A DNA stretch of 64,000 nucleotides from Antedon mediterranea (Eukaryota > Animalia > Echinodermata), in assembly GCF_964355755.1 (NCBI RefSeq), contig NC_092674.1:21452001-21516000 (forward strand), written 5' to 3'. A model generated the notes under the pieces. That model worked only from the letters and a program-made list of their open reading frames with translations, was not told where the DNA came from and did no database searches. The position numbers and the translations under genes were made by a program. Numbering within the stretch: position 1 is the stretch's first letter; each line of letters begins with the position of its first letter. Below, one piece after another: positions 12,563-25,479 of the stretch.

Positions 12563-14306
12563 TAAACAATTTACGAAATAACTCCGATAATTTTAATACA
12601 TGTTATTCGTCATACGAAATATAGTGTGGTGTTTTATAGGCCTATGTATGTAGAACTGAACAATTATGACTAAACGGTATTCTGTGGTCTCTGTACTGAA
12701 AACACCGTCTTTAGAACCAACTATCGACTACAATAAAACTTACTTTAAACAAGTTTGTAAAAATTGAAAATTATTTTCCAGAAAAAAATTAATAAATAAT
12801 GAAAAATATAAACAAAATGATCGATCATATTACTTTATATTAAATGTATCAATTTTATTACAGTTTTCAAATATATTTAGATTTTCAGCAAGACGTTGTA
12901 TAACATATTTTCGATTTCAATTTGTTTAGAATTTAATTCGATTACTATTACTGTACATTATGTTTGATATAGTTTTCAGTTGTGTGTTTGTTGATAAACA
13001 AAAAATGTAAAGAATGTAAATTATATATTAACTTTCGAAAAAACAGCATTGTAAATTTGATAAGTTCTTGAAATAATAAGGCATAACCAGAAAAGAATAC
13101 ATCTGGTATGACAAATCTGATATGGGCTTGAGAATTGTTTTTTTTTGACGATTTAGATATTTTTTTCATGGTGAAAGACTCATCGCAAATACAGACACCA
13201 TAGTTTAGACTGAGGTGACTTTAAATTCCTGAACACACCCCGGAATTTGACGAGTACCGTACACAATAACATTCTTTTTATTATTAAATATTTATAAAGT
13301 TGCATAGACAAACGATCAGTATAGTTAGGAATTTAAGAGTGTTTGCTATAAACATGGAATACAAAATCTTAAAACACTGCTGCATGTTCCTATTTAATTT
13401 CCATACAGCTTTGTCATTTAAAGAACCCTTATTACAATGTTGGTGACATCAATTTAGCACATAGAAAATATCCCATTCCAATCCTTTATTTTCTTCATTT
13501 GGTCTGCTTAAAATTCAGGATATTAACAATCTTCAATACAGTGTTTTTCTTAGTTTAAATTAGGGTTAAAAACGTCATTTTTTTTACCAAACCTGGAAAC
13601 AATTTTTTACAAAGAATTTTTATCATCAAACTTAAAATATAAGTCAAGGGGTCACCAAAAAAAAAGTTCTAGTGATTTTCTCTATGGGGAAGGAGTTATG
13701 ACCTTTTATATAAAGGTCAATCTATTTGTAGTAACGAGTTAGTACTTCGTTAACCACACAGTGTAGATGCTTAATTTTAGCTCAAATTGTTCGCAATGTA
13801 CAATTTTCCTATTTGCAATAATGGAATATTTTTCTAAAAAATTACCAGAAACGCTATTTCTGACCTTTGACCTTTCTTTACCGGAAGTTTCATACCTACA
13901 TAACTATTTGACCTAGAGAGCTGGTTTTGGTACTAATTTGTTTATAATGTACAACTTTATATTTGCAGTAACGACACATTTGTCTATAAAGTAATTAGAA
14001 ATACCATTTATTGACCGTTGAACCTAATTAACCAATATTATTCAATTATTATTAGGCCTAATAATAAAAATCAAGTATTAACACTGCCACCCCATGGCTG
14101 TACAAAGCCTAAACTTTTTGACCAATCAGGAAGCGCCATCTAGCAGGTTACTTTTCAAAGGAGGTGGATTTTCCATGCTCAAAAGTTTTTTGGGGTGTAT
14201 GGGCAAAATAATAAAGGAATCTGGCCTCGAAGAAATAATTGGTATGCTTTATGGTACAAATACGTCGCAGCACATCATGTCTGGTGCAGCATATGCTAAA
14301 GCTGTA

Positions 14307-15593
14307 GGGGAAGGCGGGGCATGATGGGACAAGGGGCAGGATGGCTGTATTTTGAAGGCTAACAGAGTAGAGGGGGTTATTTCTACATGCTTTATTACAG
14401 TCTTCATAATATACGTGTTGAAAAAATTTCAGCGAGAAAAAACAAGTAATTCTTTAGTTTTTTAACAATAAAACTGATTTAGCGAACTACACAATTTTGG
14501 TCAGTAAGTTTTAACCACCAACTGAAAGTTTTTAACTGGTCATATTCATTCAAAATTAATGTTTTTTTAGAAAGGCGAGATACTACGTATTCATCCAAAT
14601 GGACATTGGTCACTCATGCATGGATAAACACATAGCATTCACTTTGGTAAACTATACTGTTGGTGGGGCAGCAAGGTGTCCCGTCAGCGATTTTTTTTTT
14701 CGTACATAAGTTGGGGACACCCTCATGAAACGTCACAAAATAAACATGAATAATTCATCAGTTAAATGTGTTGTTCCGTGTGCACCCAAGCGTATAGCAA
14801 CAAGAAGCGATTACACAACTGCGATACGATACTTTCTACAGTAGGCCTAGAAGTAAATTCACGCGATTGCCTTCGCGCACTCTTCTTCACACAAAATGTG
14901 TCGAGTCGAGGCTAATCGACAGCTAGGCAAGACATTAAACTAAGTAGTAATTCATTGGACATAGCCCAAAGAAAGCCTAGACCCACAAAAATAAAGAATG
15001 TGTATAATTTGTGTACTGTATTTTTTTTAATTCTGCTATTTTATTATCAAAAAATGCATGTACTCAAAGGAACTTTAAAACTGCGCGTATATGAACACAT
15101 GAGATGGGAAGATTAGACCCACGAGAATAAAAAATGTATTTTTGTGTAATATTTATTGTTTAATTTTGCTGACTTATTACTCGGATTGTGTCATACCTAT
15201 AACACACACACACACACAGCTCTACTAGAATAGACATATGTTTAGAGACTAATAATTAGGCCTAGGCCTAATAGTATTAATAGAAACTATAATTTTAACA
15301 CGTAATTCTTTAGTAATAAATTATATTAAAAACACTATCATAAACTAAAGGCTGATTATTTCGACAATCCACACAAAACACCGCTATTCTTCTATGAAAT
15401 CGCACGCCGCAACAACAGCGCAGAGATAGGCCTAGAATCGTACCGCACTTGTGTAATCACTTCTTGTTGCTATACGCTTGGGTGCACACGGAACAAGAAC
15501 ATTTAACTGATGAATTATTCATGTTTCTTTTGTGACGTTTCATGAGGGGTCCCCAACTTATGTACGAAAAAAAAATCGCGCCCCGCCTTCCCC
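14307..15593. mobile_element. Tc1/mariner-pogo-type MITE with TA target duplication
   Basis: TA|GGGGAAGGCGGGGC ... GCCCCGCCTTCCCC|TA; removing it restores GCTGTACGCACACAT (A-V-R-T-H). Confidence 0.7.
14687..15579. mobile_element. Foldback element with ~145-bp inverted arms, inserted in the right TIR of the TA-MITE
   Basis: 14687-~14830 is the reverse complement of ~15437-15579. Confidence 0.7.
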
Positions 15594-16289
15594 TACGCAC
15601 ACATTATGTTAATTGATGCTGCTCTTTGCCACTCGATTTTACAGACCATACTTGCTGAATTACCCCCGTTACGGTTTCAGAGATGTTGCAACATGCTGAA
15701 AACGTAAATTTGCAATTAAGCGAACAACTAGGCTCAATATCCAAGAAATCTAGGACTGCAAACCTGTGGACGGAGTTTCATTATATGGTAACAATAGTAC
15801 GAAACTTCATAAGAGCTGAACGAGAAAATAACTGGGAACTACACATTAAGGCAGTTGGACAAATGCTGCCTTATTTTGCAGCGTGTCGACATGCTCACTA
15901 TGCTAAAGGCAGCCGTATATACCTTCAGACTATTATACTTCTCATGAAAATGACAAACTTAAATATATTTTGGGATACTCAGATAATTTAATTGATGAAG
16001 AGTGTGAAAATATTTTGGATAGTTTTTGTAAAAGATACCTAAAACAAGCATGGAAATTTCGAAATGATTCACTGAATTCCATGACTCAATAACTATGTTA
16101 TCTACATTGCTACATTAAAATTGAAAAAAAAGTGGGGGGGGGGGGGGGGTGGGTTTCGTAATAAGCTGTGTTTATCAGTTGATTTTATTTTATTTCATAC
16201 ACTTTTACTAAATCTTGTTTTGTATTCATTGTGTAAAGTAATGATCTACTGTATGTATCGATGTAAGTTGGGGGGGGGGGGGGGTAGGA

Positions 16290-16430
16290 TAGGGGTTGAT
16301 AGTTAGTTGCTTTTGCCTTTTTTTTACTTTTCTGTTAATTGTTATATTTTATATTGTGAAGGATGCACCTTTGTGCTAAGTGTGCCACCGATCTAAAGGT
16401 GTAATTCCAAATAAATAAATAAATAAATAA
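16290..16430 (+). mobile_element. 3' tail of a LINE/SINE
   Basis: Stem-loop CACCTTT..AAAGGTG followed by a (TAAA)n tail. Confidence 0.4.
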
Positions 16431-16685
16431 ACTATGTTGCAGTTGGATAAAGATGATCCTGCCACATGGGCAACAGAAAGGGGGAACATCCGTTTGGACC
16501 TATTGGTGGCGCTATACCAACTCATCATCGTCATGGGATTAACAACGCTAGACGATGAAACGCCAGTTGAGAATGAAACCTGATAGGTTTCAAAACGTAT
16601 TGTAAGTTCGCTTATATTATTTTTTAATTGTTCTAAAAGAAATTTTATTTAATACCTATTCCACAACCAGATGAAATTCTTCCAA

Positions 16686-16925
16686 AATAGGATTTAGTTT
16701 AGCACTTTTCCCTACTATACTCATTTTGGTTGTACTTGCGCACAGTGATAATAAATAGGATTTAGTTTAGCACTGTGCTCTAGTATACCCTTTTTGGTTA
16801 TACTTAAGCATAGTGATATTAAATAGGATTTAGTTTAGCACTTTTCGCTACTTTACTCATTTTAGTTGTAATTGAGCACAGTGATAATAAATAGAATTTA
16901 GTTTAGCACTGTGCGCTAGTATACC
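16686..16925. repeat. 68-bp tandem array, left part (continues at 44787)
   Basis: AGGATTTAG-type motif at 16689, 16757, 16825, 16893. Confidence 0.9.
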
Positions 16926-17118
16926 TGTTCTGAAGAACAACAAAAGAATAATGAGGGCGCTATTGTATAGTGTGTAAAAGGACGTTTTGGCGTGCCATAA
17001 AAAGAAAAAGAAAAGAAAAACAAATACCGACAGCGTGGTTGGTAAGAAGTGTGCAAATAAATGATAATACAAATCAGAAAGTTCTTGCGTATATATTATT
17101 ATGGGCCTTTCTTCAACA
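16926..17118 (+). repeat. BEL 5' LTR (193 bp)
   Basis: TGTT...AACA termini; near-identical to 44601-44786. Confidence 0.85.
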
Positions 17119-17170
17119 CAAGAAAATTTGTAGCAGAGCTAGCGAGGTTAGATATACCAATTTAAACAAT

Positions 17171-20100
17171 GTTTGTTTGTTTTTATTTCTTGCTCATATA
17201 AAAATAAAAGTGGTACAGAAATATATATATATACATCAAAAGTCGAAGACTTAACAAACAACAAAATCAGAACAAAGACAACAACAAAAAACGAGTAGGA
17301 GCAAAGGAAAACCCTCTAAACCCGGAAGTTTGTATCCTGAGAGGTCCCAAAAGAAAAAACAAAGGAAAAATGAACAATTAATCAGACGGCAGGAAGTGAG
17401 AAAAGGCTAAATTAGTCAATTCGTTCTTTGAGGATTTTCTTTATATGAAGCTTGAAGGTGGACTTTAAATTAATTTCTTTGATATTCTGAGGTAAACTAT
17501 TCCAGAGAATTATGCTATTATAAAAAAATGTAGAAGCAATGCAACTGGATTTTGTATAAATGTTAACAAAATCGTGTATGCTGCCACTTGTATTATGGTG
17601 ATGTCTTTCTGAAACTTTCAAAAAGTTTTCACACATATACACAGGGGAGAAATTGTGCATTAAATTAAAAATATGATTGAGTTGCAGTTGATTCACTCTA
17701 TTTATAATATTTAGATAGCCAGCAAGTTTAAAGTCGGAGGCAGAAAGGTGATATCGTGGTCCCTTTCCTAGGACAAATCTAATGACCTTATTTTGGACAC
17801 GTTGGAGTTTGGAGACATACCATTTTGAAATACCACAGTACCAAGAGCAACAGCAATAGTCTATAAGGCATAGAGCCAAAGGAGATGCCAATAATCTCTT
17901 TGTTTTAAGATCAAGGCGGCTAGCAGATCTATACAGAAATTTGAGTCTCGAGTTGAGTTGAGTTTTTTTAGGATATGCGAACATATCACCTCCCCTGACA
18001 GATGTTGATCGAATTCAAGGCCCAAGTAGGCCTAAACTACAGATGGTTTGGCTTTGATAGTTGAATTACAAATTTTGATAGATGCATTCTTAGTATACTT
18101 CGTGTAGATTTGGAGCAAAAGATAATCAATTCCGTTTTGTTTATAAGCCATCTTTGGCAATTTTCAATGTTCATTTTTAATTCTGTCTTAACCACATCAA
18201 TGTCCCTATGTAGCAGAGCACTATCATCAGCATACTGCAACAACTTGCAGTCAACTGATGAAGGCATGTCGTTCATGTAACACAAGAAGAGCAAAGCCCC
18301 AACAGGCTGCCATGAGGGACACCACATTTCACCGTTCTAGCCTCCGACATAGCTTTATTTATAGGCTACAAACAATTTGTTTCCTATTTTCTAGGTACGA
18401 CTCAAACCATTTAACAGATTTAATACCTAATTCGGATAGTTTATGGCATAGCACACGATGATCAACGCAGTCCAACACTTTTTGAATATCAAGCAGGATC
18501 ATACCAACAAAATTACCTTTATCAAGGCATTTTCTGATGTGGTCCTGCAAATAAATATGACAAGTTTCAGTAGAATGAGCGCTGCGAAATCCTGACTGAA
18601 ATTTAAAAAGTAGATTTTTTTCCTCAAGATAATTATACAACTGTGCTTCACCAGATTAAGGAATAGAATATGTAAATAAGATACCATGAATGATGAATCT
18701 ATTATGTTTTTTTTTTTGTTTGTTTTTTTTCTTGCTACTATACTGTATGTTTTGTAAATATGTATACCTTGATGATTTGAAAACAAAAAGACAAAATGTG
18801 AAAAGCTTTTTATAGATTGATGATAAAAAAAAATGATGAAGGATAAGAAGGTTTAGGTTTAAGTGGGGAAGTGTTTTCATCAAAGCTTTCATATTATAGG
18901 TATATACCGTATATATGTAATTTGCACATTCTTACTGCATGTGGAATTTTGAAATGATAAAATGGTTAAAAAGAAAAAAAAAATGTCTAATTTTTTTAAT
19001 GGATCATTAAACACAAATGTTGTTAAATGATAATGTATGTATAAAAAAATAATAGAATAAATATTAAGTAAAAAAAAATAATTGAATGAACCCACATAGG
19101 AAAAAAAAAGTTAAATGAAACTTTGATGGGTTATACTGTAGATGCAAAAAAGGATAATCTGTTGGAAATAAATTTTGTAAACATTTAAAGATCAAAAAAA
19201 TCAATGTTAAAGGATGAGGAAAATATAATGTTAACAGTAAAAAGTTAGTAAGTAATTAGTATAACAGAGAATATGCATTGTTTAAATGAAAATATGTTTG
19301 CATAGATAAATCCAAAGAAAAATAAAATGGGACAAACCCATGGGATGGATTTATTAAACATAAACGTATTATAATAGTATGAAATAAATATGCATGTAGA
19401 TGAAAAAAAAACCAAAAACAACTATGTAAGAAAAAATAAGCTTTGTTAATGAAAATGTGTTATAGATAATATGTATAAAAAGAGGAAACTATGTAATCAA
19501 TGTGGTTAAATGATAATGTATGTATAAACAAAATAATATATGGAAATAGTTTTTTTTTTTTTTTTAAAGAAAATAAGTAAAAAAAAAAAAAGTGGAATGA
19601 ATCCACATAAGAGAAGAAAGTAAAAAAGTTAAATGAAAATTTAAGAAGTTATAGATGCAAAAAAGGATCTGCTGGTTTTGTAAACATTAAAGAACAAAAA
19701 TATTAATATTAATGTTAAAGGATGAGAACAATATTATGTTAACAGTAAACATTTAGTAAGTAATGAGTATAACAGAGAATATGCATTGTTAAATGAAAAT
19801 GTGGTAGATGAAAAAATCAAAAACAACTATGTAAGAAAAAAAATAAGCTTGTTAATGAAAATGTGTTACAGATAATATGTTTAAAAAGAGGAAGCTATGT
19901 AATCAATGTGATAATATGTAAACAAATGAATAAAACTCTTTAAATAAGTATATGTATACAGATGATTAAACAAACATTGTAAATATAATGATATGTATAG
20001 TGTATAGTGAAAAATATATGTAAAGAGAACAGTGGTATGGAAATAAAAGTGGGATGAACCCACATAAGATAAAAAAAAAAAATTATACAACTGTGAATAG

Positions 20101-20690
20101 ACTGCTTGCTCCAGAATTTTGGAAGCTATAGGGAAAATACTGATTGGTCTATAGTTTTCTACCTTTAGACGACTGTTCTTTTTAAAAATTGGCTTTATTT
20201 TTGCTATTTTCAGTCCGATTGGTACTGATTCCGTTTTAATTGACATGTTTATAATATGTTTTAGGTATTTACTAATAACAGAGCGTCCGTCCTTCAAAAA
20301 GCGAGCAGCTATCCCATCTAGGCCACAGCTCTTTTTAGCATTACATTTTGAGAGTTCACTTAGGACAAAGTCCTCACCAATTTCTTCCAGAATTAACACG
20401 TTTTTTTCTACTTGATAGTAGTATTGAGAAGACACTTCTTTACAGGCGTTATGGGAACGTACGGGTAGATTTTCAGCAAGTTTATCTGCAACAGTTGTTA
20501 AGAAATTATTCATGTGTGATTAGTCACATGTTTATGCTCGTAACATTTTTCATCATTGATTTCCAAGACTATGTTGGTGTTGGATTTGGCATTATTGTCG
20601 TATCCAAGTTATTTCAACCCTTCCCAAAGACGTTTGGGGTTATTTTTGTTTTCTTCAATACAGTTTATGTAGTAATTACTTTTGTGGTTT
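17171..20690 (-). mobile_element. 5'-truncated L2-group (Crack/Daphne-like) LINE, RT and 3' end, decayed
   Basis: GLDGIAARFLKD, NYRPISI, QSGFRSAHSTET, DCVDH, YADD; 3' stem-loop at ~17325-17350 and AATAAA-(AAAC)n tail at ~17171-17187 on the minus strand. Confidence 0.8.
18646..20080 (+). mobile_element. AT-rich non-coding insertion with internal ~500-bp duplication, splitting the LINE RT
   Basis: 15-bp direct repeat AATTATACAACTGTG at 18631-18645 and 20081-20095; A-run at 20071-20082; removing it restores VYSQLYNYLEEK. Confidence 0.7.
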
Positions 20691-20699
20691 TTATGTCCC

Positions 20700-23600
20700 T
20701 ATGGATGTTTGAAAGAAATATTAGCACTACAGCTAATGAAAATAAGAGTAGTAAATTTTGAGTAGTAAACACAGATTTTAGAGGTAAAAAGGCTTACAGT
20801 CATAGTTGTGCACCCACAAGGGAAAAGCCTAGTGAATCACCTTTGTTCACATGTGTATGTTGTAAGAAAAACCATAAGTTATGGGAATGTGTAAAATTCA
20901 GACAACTATCTATCAATGAAAGATGGAATATTGCTAGCCAAGAAAATTGTGCTTTAAGTGTCTATGTAAACATAGGGCAGTTGATTGTTAACGGGTTATG
21001 TCCTGTGGTATAAATGGGTATAAGAATGACCATAATAGATTGTTACATAGAGAAAAAGTTGAAAAGGAAAGTAATTTTGAAACTGTAGAGGTAGGAGTTG
21101 CCAGGGAAGGGGAGCATAAAGTAACTAAAACAGAAACAGGGACAAACACTACATTGTTAAGTAAAAACCAATCTATTGCTTTGCGAACCATACCAATCAT
21201 AGTTAGTAATGGAAAGAAAAGAATAGAGGTAAATGCATTATTAGATGATGGTAGTACTCAGACATATGTTAATGAAGAGTTATGTGGAGAGTTGGGTCTC
21301 AGTGAAGTAACAGAAGAGATGGTTGTGAGTTTGTTAAGTGGTAATGATGAAAGATTTGTGACTAAGCCAGTTGAGATATTTGTATTACCGTTGGATGGAT
21401 CTAAGAAATTTAAAGTGAATGCAGTGACTATAAGTGATGTTACTGGTAGACTAGAAGCGTCAGATTGGAGTAGTGTTAATAAGGATTGGGATCATTTGAG
21501 AGACATAGAATTTCTTGTGATAAGTAGTCAGAGAAAAGAGATAGATTTACTAATTGGAGTGGATTGTCCACAGTTGCATACAGCATTAGAAGAGAAATGT
21601 GGGGGTCCCGGAGAACCTGTTGCGAGAAGAACACCGTTAGGTTGGACGTGTGTTGGTCCTTTGAGTAGAAGTTTGCGAACAATATCACTACATGTGAATA
21701 CTTACAAAACCAGTAGGGAACGAAGTAATGATGTGGACGAGTTGATGAGGAAGTTTTGGGAAGTAGATAGTTATGGAGTAAGTGATTTGAAAATATATAA
21801 AGCTGAAGATGAAAGAGTGATTCAAAAAGTGTCAGAGTCATTGACAGCTGTTGATGAGCGATACAGTGTAAATATTCCGTGGCGGGAAGAAGGATTAAAT
21901 ATGGATAACAATTATGAGATGGCCTTTAAGAGATTAGAGTGTCTAGAAAGAAAATTAACTAGAGACAAGATGTTAGGCGATAATTATCAGAACGTTTTAG
22001 ATAATTACAGATCCAAAGGCTATGTCAGAAAAATAGACCAATCCCTAACAGAACTAAATCAATGGTTTCTACCACATTTCCCAGTAGTTAAACCCGAAAG
22101 AGAAACAACGAAAGTTAGGTTAGTGTTCGACGCCGCGGCGCGTTATGGGGGAAGATGTTTGAATGATATGATCTATCCCGGGCCTAAATTGCAGACCGAT
22201 TTATTCGATGTTTTATTAAGATTTAGAAAGGAAAAGGTAGCAATTATTTGCGATATTGCAGAAATATATCTCCAGATTGGAGTGCAACCAGAAGATAGGA
22301 AAATGCTTAGGTTTTTGTGGCAAGATTTAGACACAGAGCGGATGCCAGAAATTTATGAGTTTAATCGACTAGTGTTTGGTCTTAATGTTGCGCCATTCTT
22401 AGCTCAATTTGTAACTCAGGAACAGGCGCGAAAGAATTCTAAAGAGTATCTCCTAGGAGCACGAGCTGTTTTAGACTCTACCTACATGGATGACACCATG
22501 GCCTCGGTTAAAAATGAGCAAGAGGCAGTAGAGTTATATAGAGAGATTAAAGAATTATGGGGAAGCGCGGGTATGAGTGCTAGAAAATGGGTTTCAAATT
22601 CAAAAGCGGTACTGGAAAAAATACCAGAAGTAGATAGAGCTAAAGAAATCAAATTAAGTGGGAACGAGTTACCTTCTGCAAAAACCTTAGGATTTAATAT
22701 GGAAAGCCGTGGAAGATACATTTAAGTTTCAAGGAGGTTCTGGTCCTTCTAATGTCTGTAAGTTAACCAAGAGATTAGCTTTGAGTAGAATCGCTTTTAT
22801 ATTTTATCCACTAGGGGTTTTTCCTGTAGTAGTTGCAGGCAAGATAATTATGCAGGAGATTTGGGCAAATGGATTAGCCTGGGATGAAGAGTTGTCCCCT
22901 GATGTAGGTCAGAAATTAGAACGATGAATAGCAAATTTGGGCGAATTAAAAGATATAGAAATAGAAAGAAACCCAGGTGAGCGTGAGAATCAAGAGTTGC
23001 ATACATTTGTTGACGCGTCAAATGACGCTTATGCGGCGGTTGTGTATTCAGTGTCACAGAATTATAACGATGTTAAAAAAAGAAATGTAAGATTAGTCGC
23101 GTTCGAGACAAAAGTAGCTCCTCTTAAATCCATGAGTATCTCGAGACATGAGTTGATGGCAGCTATGTTAGGTTTAAAGCTTGCGAAATCTGTTGTAAAT
23201 CCGTTACAATGTCAACTAAAGGAAGTGAAATTTGGAGTGACAGTATGAATGTATTGTGGTGGACTCGAGGTCATAGTAGAGATTTTAAGCCGTTCGTTGC
23301 TAATCGAATTGGTGAAATACAAGGTCAAACAAACCCTAGTCAATGGAGATATATACCCACTAAATTAAACCCTGCGGATGTGGCTTCGCAAGGATGTACT
23401 GTTATAGAGTTGCAGCAGAATGAATTTTGGTGGCGAGGTCCTGAAATCTTAAGTGATTGTGAGATGCAATGGCCAGAAAATAAGATTGAGAATGTGATAG
23501 ATGAAATAGAGATTAAGAAAAGAACGAAAACGTTATTGAGTAAAGTGGTACCAAGAGTGAAAAGTGATAACTGGAGATTAAACCCAATAAGGTACTCTAG

Positions 23601-24942
23601 TTGGAATAAGTTAGTGTGTGTATTTGCGTATGTGATGCGTTTTATAAATAAATGTAGGTTAAAAGACAAAGTCAGAGGACCATTAAATGTAGATGAGGTT
23701 AAGGACTCGGAAATTGCCATAATTCAAAACGCACAGGGTGATGAGTTCTCAGACGAAATTAAGAGATTAAGTAAGGGTGAAATACTAAATACAAAGAGTA
23801 ATATAAGTGGATTGAATCCTCGAATGGATGCCGATTATTTGCTTAGAGCAAATGGACGTTTAAGTCTAAATGAGGCGATATCATATGATGTAAGATATCC
23901 CATTATATTACCGAGGAAACATCATGTCACTAAATTAATTGTAAAAATGTATCATGAGTTAGGAAATCATGTAATAGGTACAACTCATAAACTGTCATTA
24001 TTATCTGAGAAGTAGGCCTACTGGGTACAAGCGGCTAGAGAAGAAATAAGAGAATGCGAAAAAAAATTGTATGGGATGTAGGCGTAGATTAGCTAAACAA
24101 GGGGATCAAATAATGGCTCCATTACCTAAGGATAGAACTAAAACTGAGAGTTTAAAGGTGTTTACTAGAGTCGCAGTAGACTATGCAGATCCCTTCCTTA
24201 CTAAACAGGGTAGAGGAAAGGTACAAACAAAACGTTATTTGTGTTTGTTCACATGTTTATCCTCTAGAGCCGTGTACTAGGAAATGGCGTACGGTTTAGA
24301 CACAGATACGTTTCTAAATGCTTTTCATAGATTTGTCAGTAGAAGGGGTAAACCCGAGGAAATGATGTCTGATAACGGGACACATTTTGTAGGAGCTGAT
24401 AGAGAATTAAAGGGAGTGTTAAAATCGTTAGATAACGATAAAATTCAAAGTGTGACAGTGGTCACTGGTATAAAGTTGAGTTTTATTCCACATATGACCC
24501 CACATTTTGGTGGAGTACATGAAAGTCTTATAAAATCTGCTAAAAGGGCTAGGCCTATATAACGGAAAAATAGTTATATTCTGCATTTGTAGGAGCAGAG
24601 GGTATAATAAACTCACGTCCATTAACATATCAATCTGCCTCAGTAAAGGATGTAATTCCATTAACTCCAAACCATTGTTTACCGTGTCAAATGGGAGGTA
24701 ATCTAGCTCCAGAGAGCATATTTGACACAACAGTTTTTAATCCTAGGAAACAATGGAGACGTGTCCAAGAATTAATGCGACACTTTTGGAATAGGTGGTT
24801 AAGGGAGTGGTTACCAGCATTGAACAAACGAAAAAAGTGGAGGGAACCCAAGAGGGATCTTAGAGTTGATGAAGTGGTATTGGTAGTTCAGAAAGGTACG
24901 GTACGTGGTCAATGGCCATTGGGTAGAATAAAAGAAATATAT
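20700..24942 (+). pseudogene. BEL/Pao polyprotein (gag Zn knuckles, protease, RT, RNase H, integrase), multiple frameshifts and stops
   Basis: CVCCKKNHKLWEC, ALLDDGST, TTKVRLVFDAAA, YMDD, FVDASNDAY, FVANRIGEIQ, NPADVAS, SDNGTHFVGA, WPLGRI. Confidence 0.95.
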
Positions 24943-25479
24943 TAGTCTGGGAGCCCAGAAGGTTTTAATTAGCAATTTCAGTACAAAAGGTTTGAGGTGT
25001 GGAGTATGTAGATATGGTCTATGGGACCCAGAAATGGCAATTCTTAAGTGACGGGTCCTGTTCAATTTTAAGGGGGAAATGGCAATTCTTAAGTGACGGG
25101 TCCTGTTCAATTTTAAGAGGGAACCACCCAAATTACCCCTAAAATTGGATTTAATTAGAATTTCGAGTACATGGACCAAACCAATTCTAAAATGTTTTCT
25201 GACCTATCAGGAATCAATATCCATAATTCTTAAGTGAAAATTCCTGTGCTAAATTTACTTAAGAACGCCTTTAATTAGTGCTAATTAGACATTTAATTCG
25301 CATTTTGAGTACATCAACAAAATTCACACCACACATACTTATGAACATACTGATTAAGGATTCATCATTCTTAAATTTGAAATCTGGGGCCAAAGCCACT
25401 TAAGAATGGGTCAAAGCTGCTTATGAGTGGGTCAAAGGTCAAAAAAATTAAATTCAATTTTAATTAATATTTTAAGTAC

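Larger units (their letters stand above)
14160..15950 (+). pseudogene. Academ-type transposase remnant interrupted by MITEs
   Basis: GGFSMLKSFLGCMG..SGLEE..HIMSGAAYAKAV|RTH and SRTANLW..FIRAERENNWELH..MLPYFAA..HYAK..YLQ resemble Academ transposase motifs as I recall them; the reading frame rejoins across 14307-15593. Confidence 0.65.
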
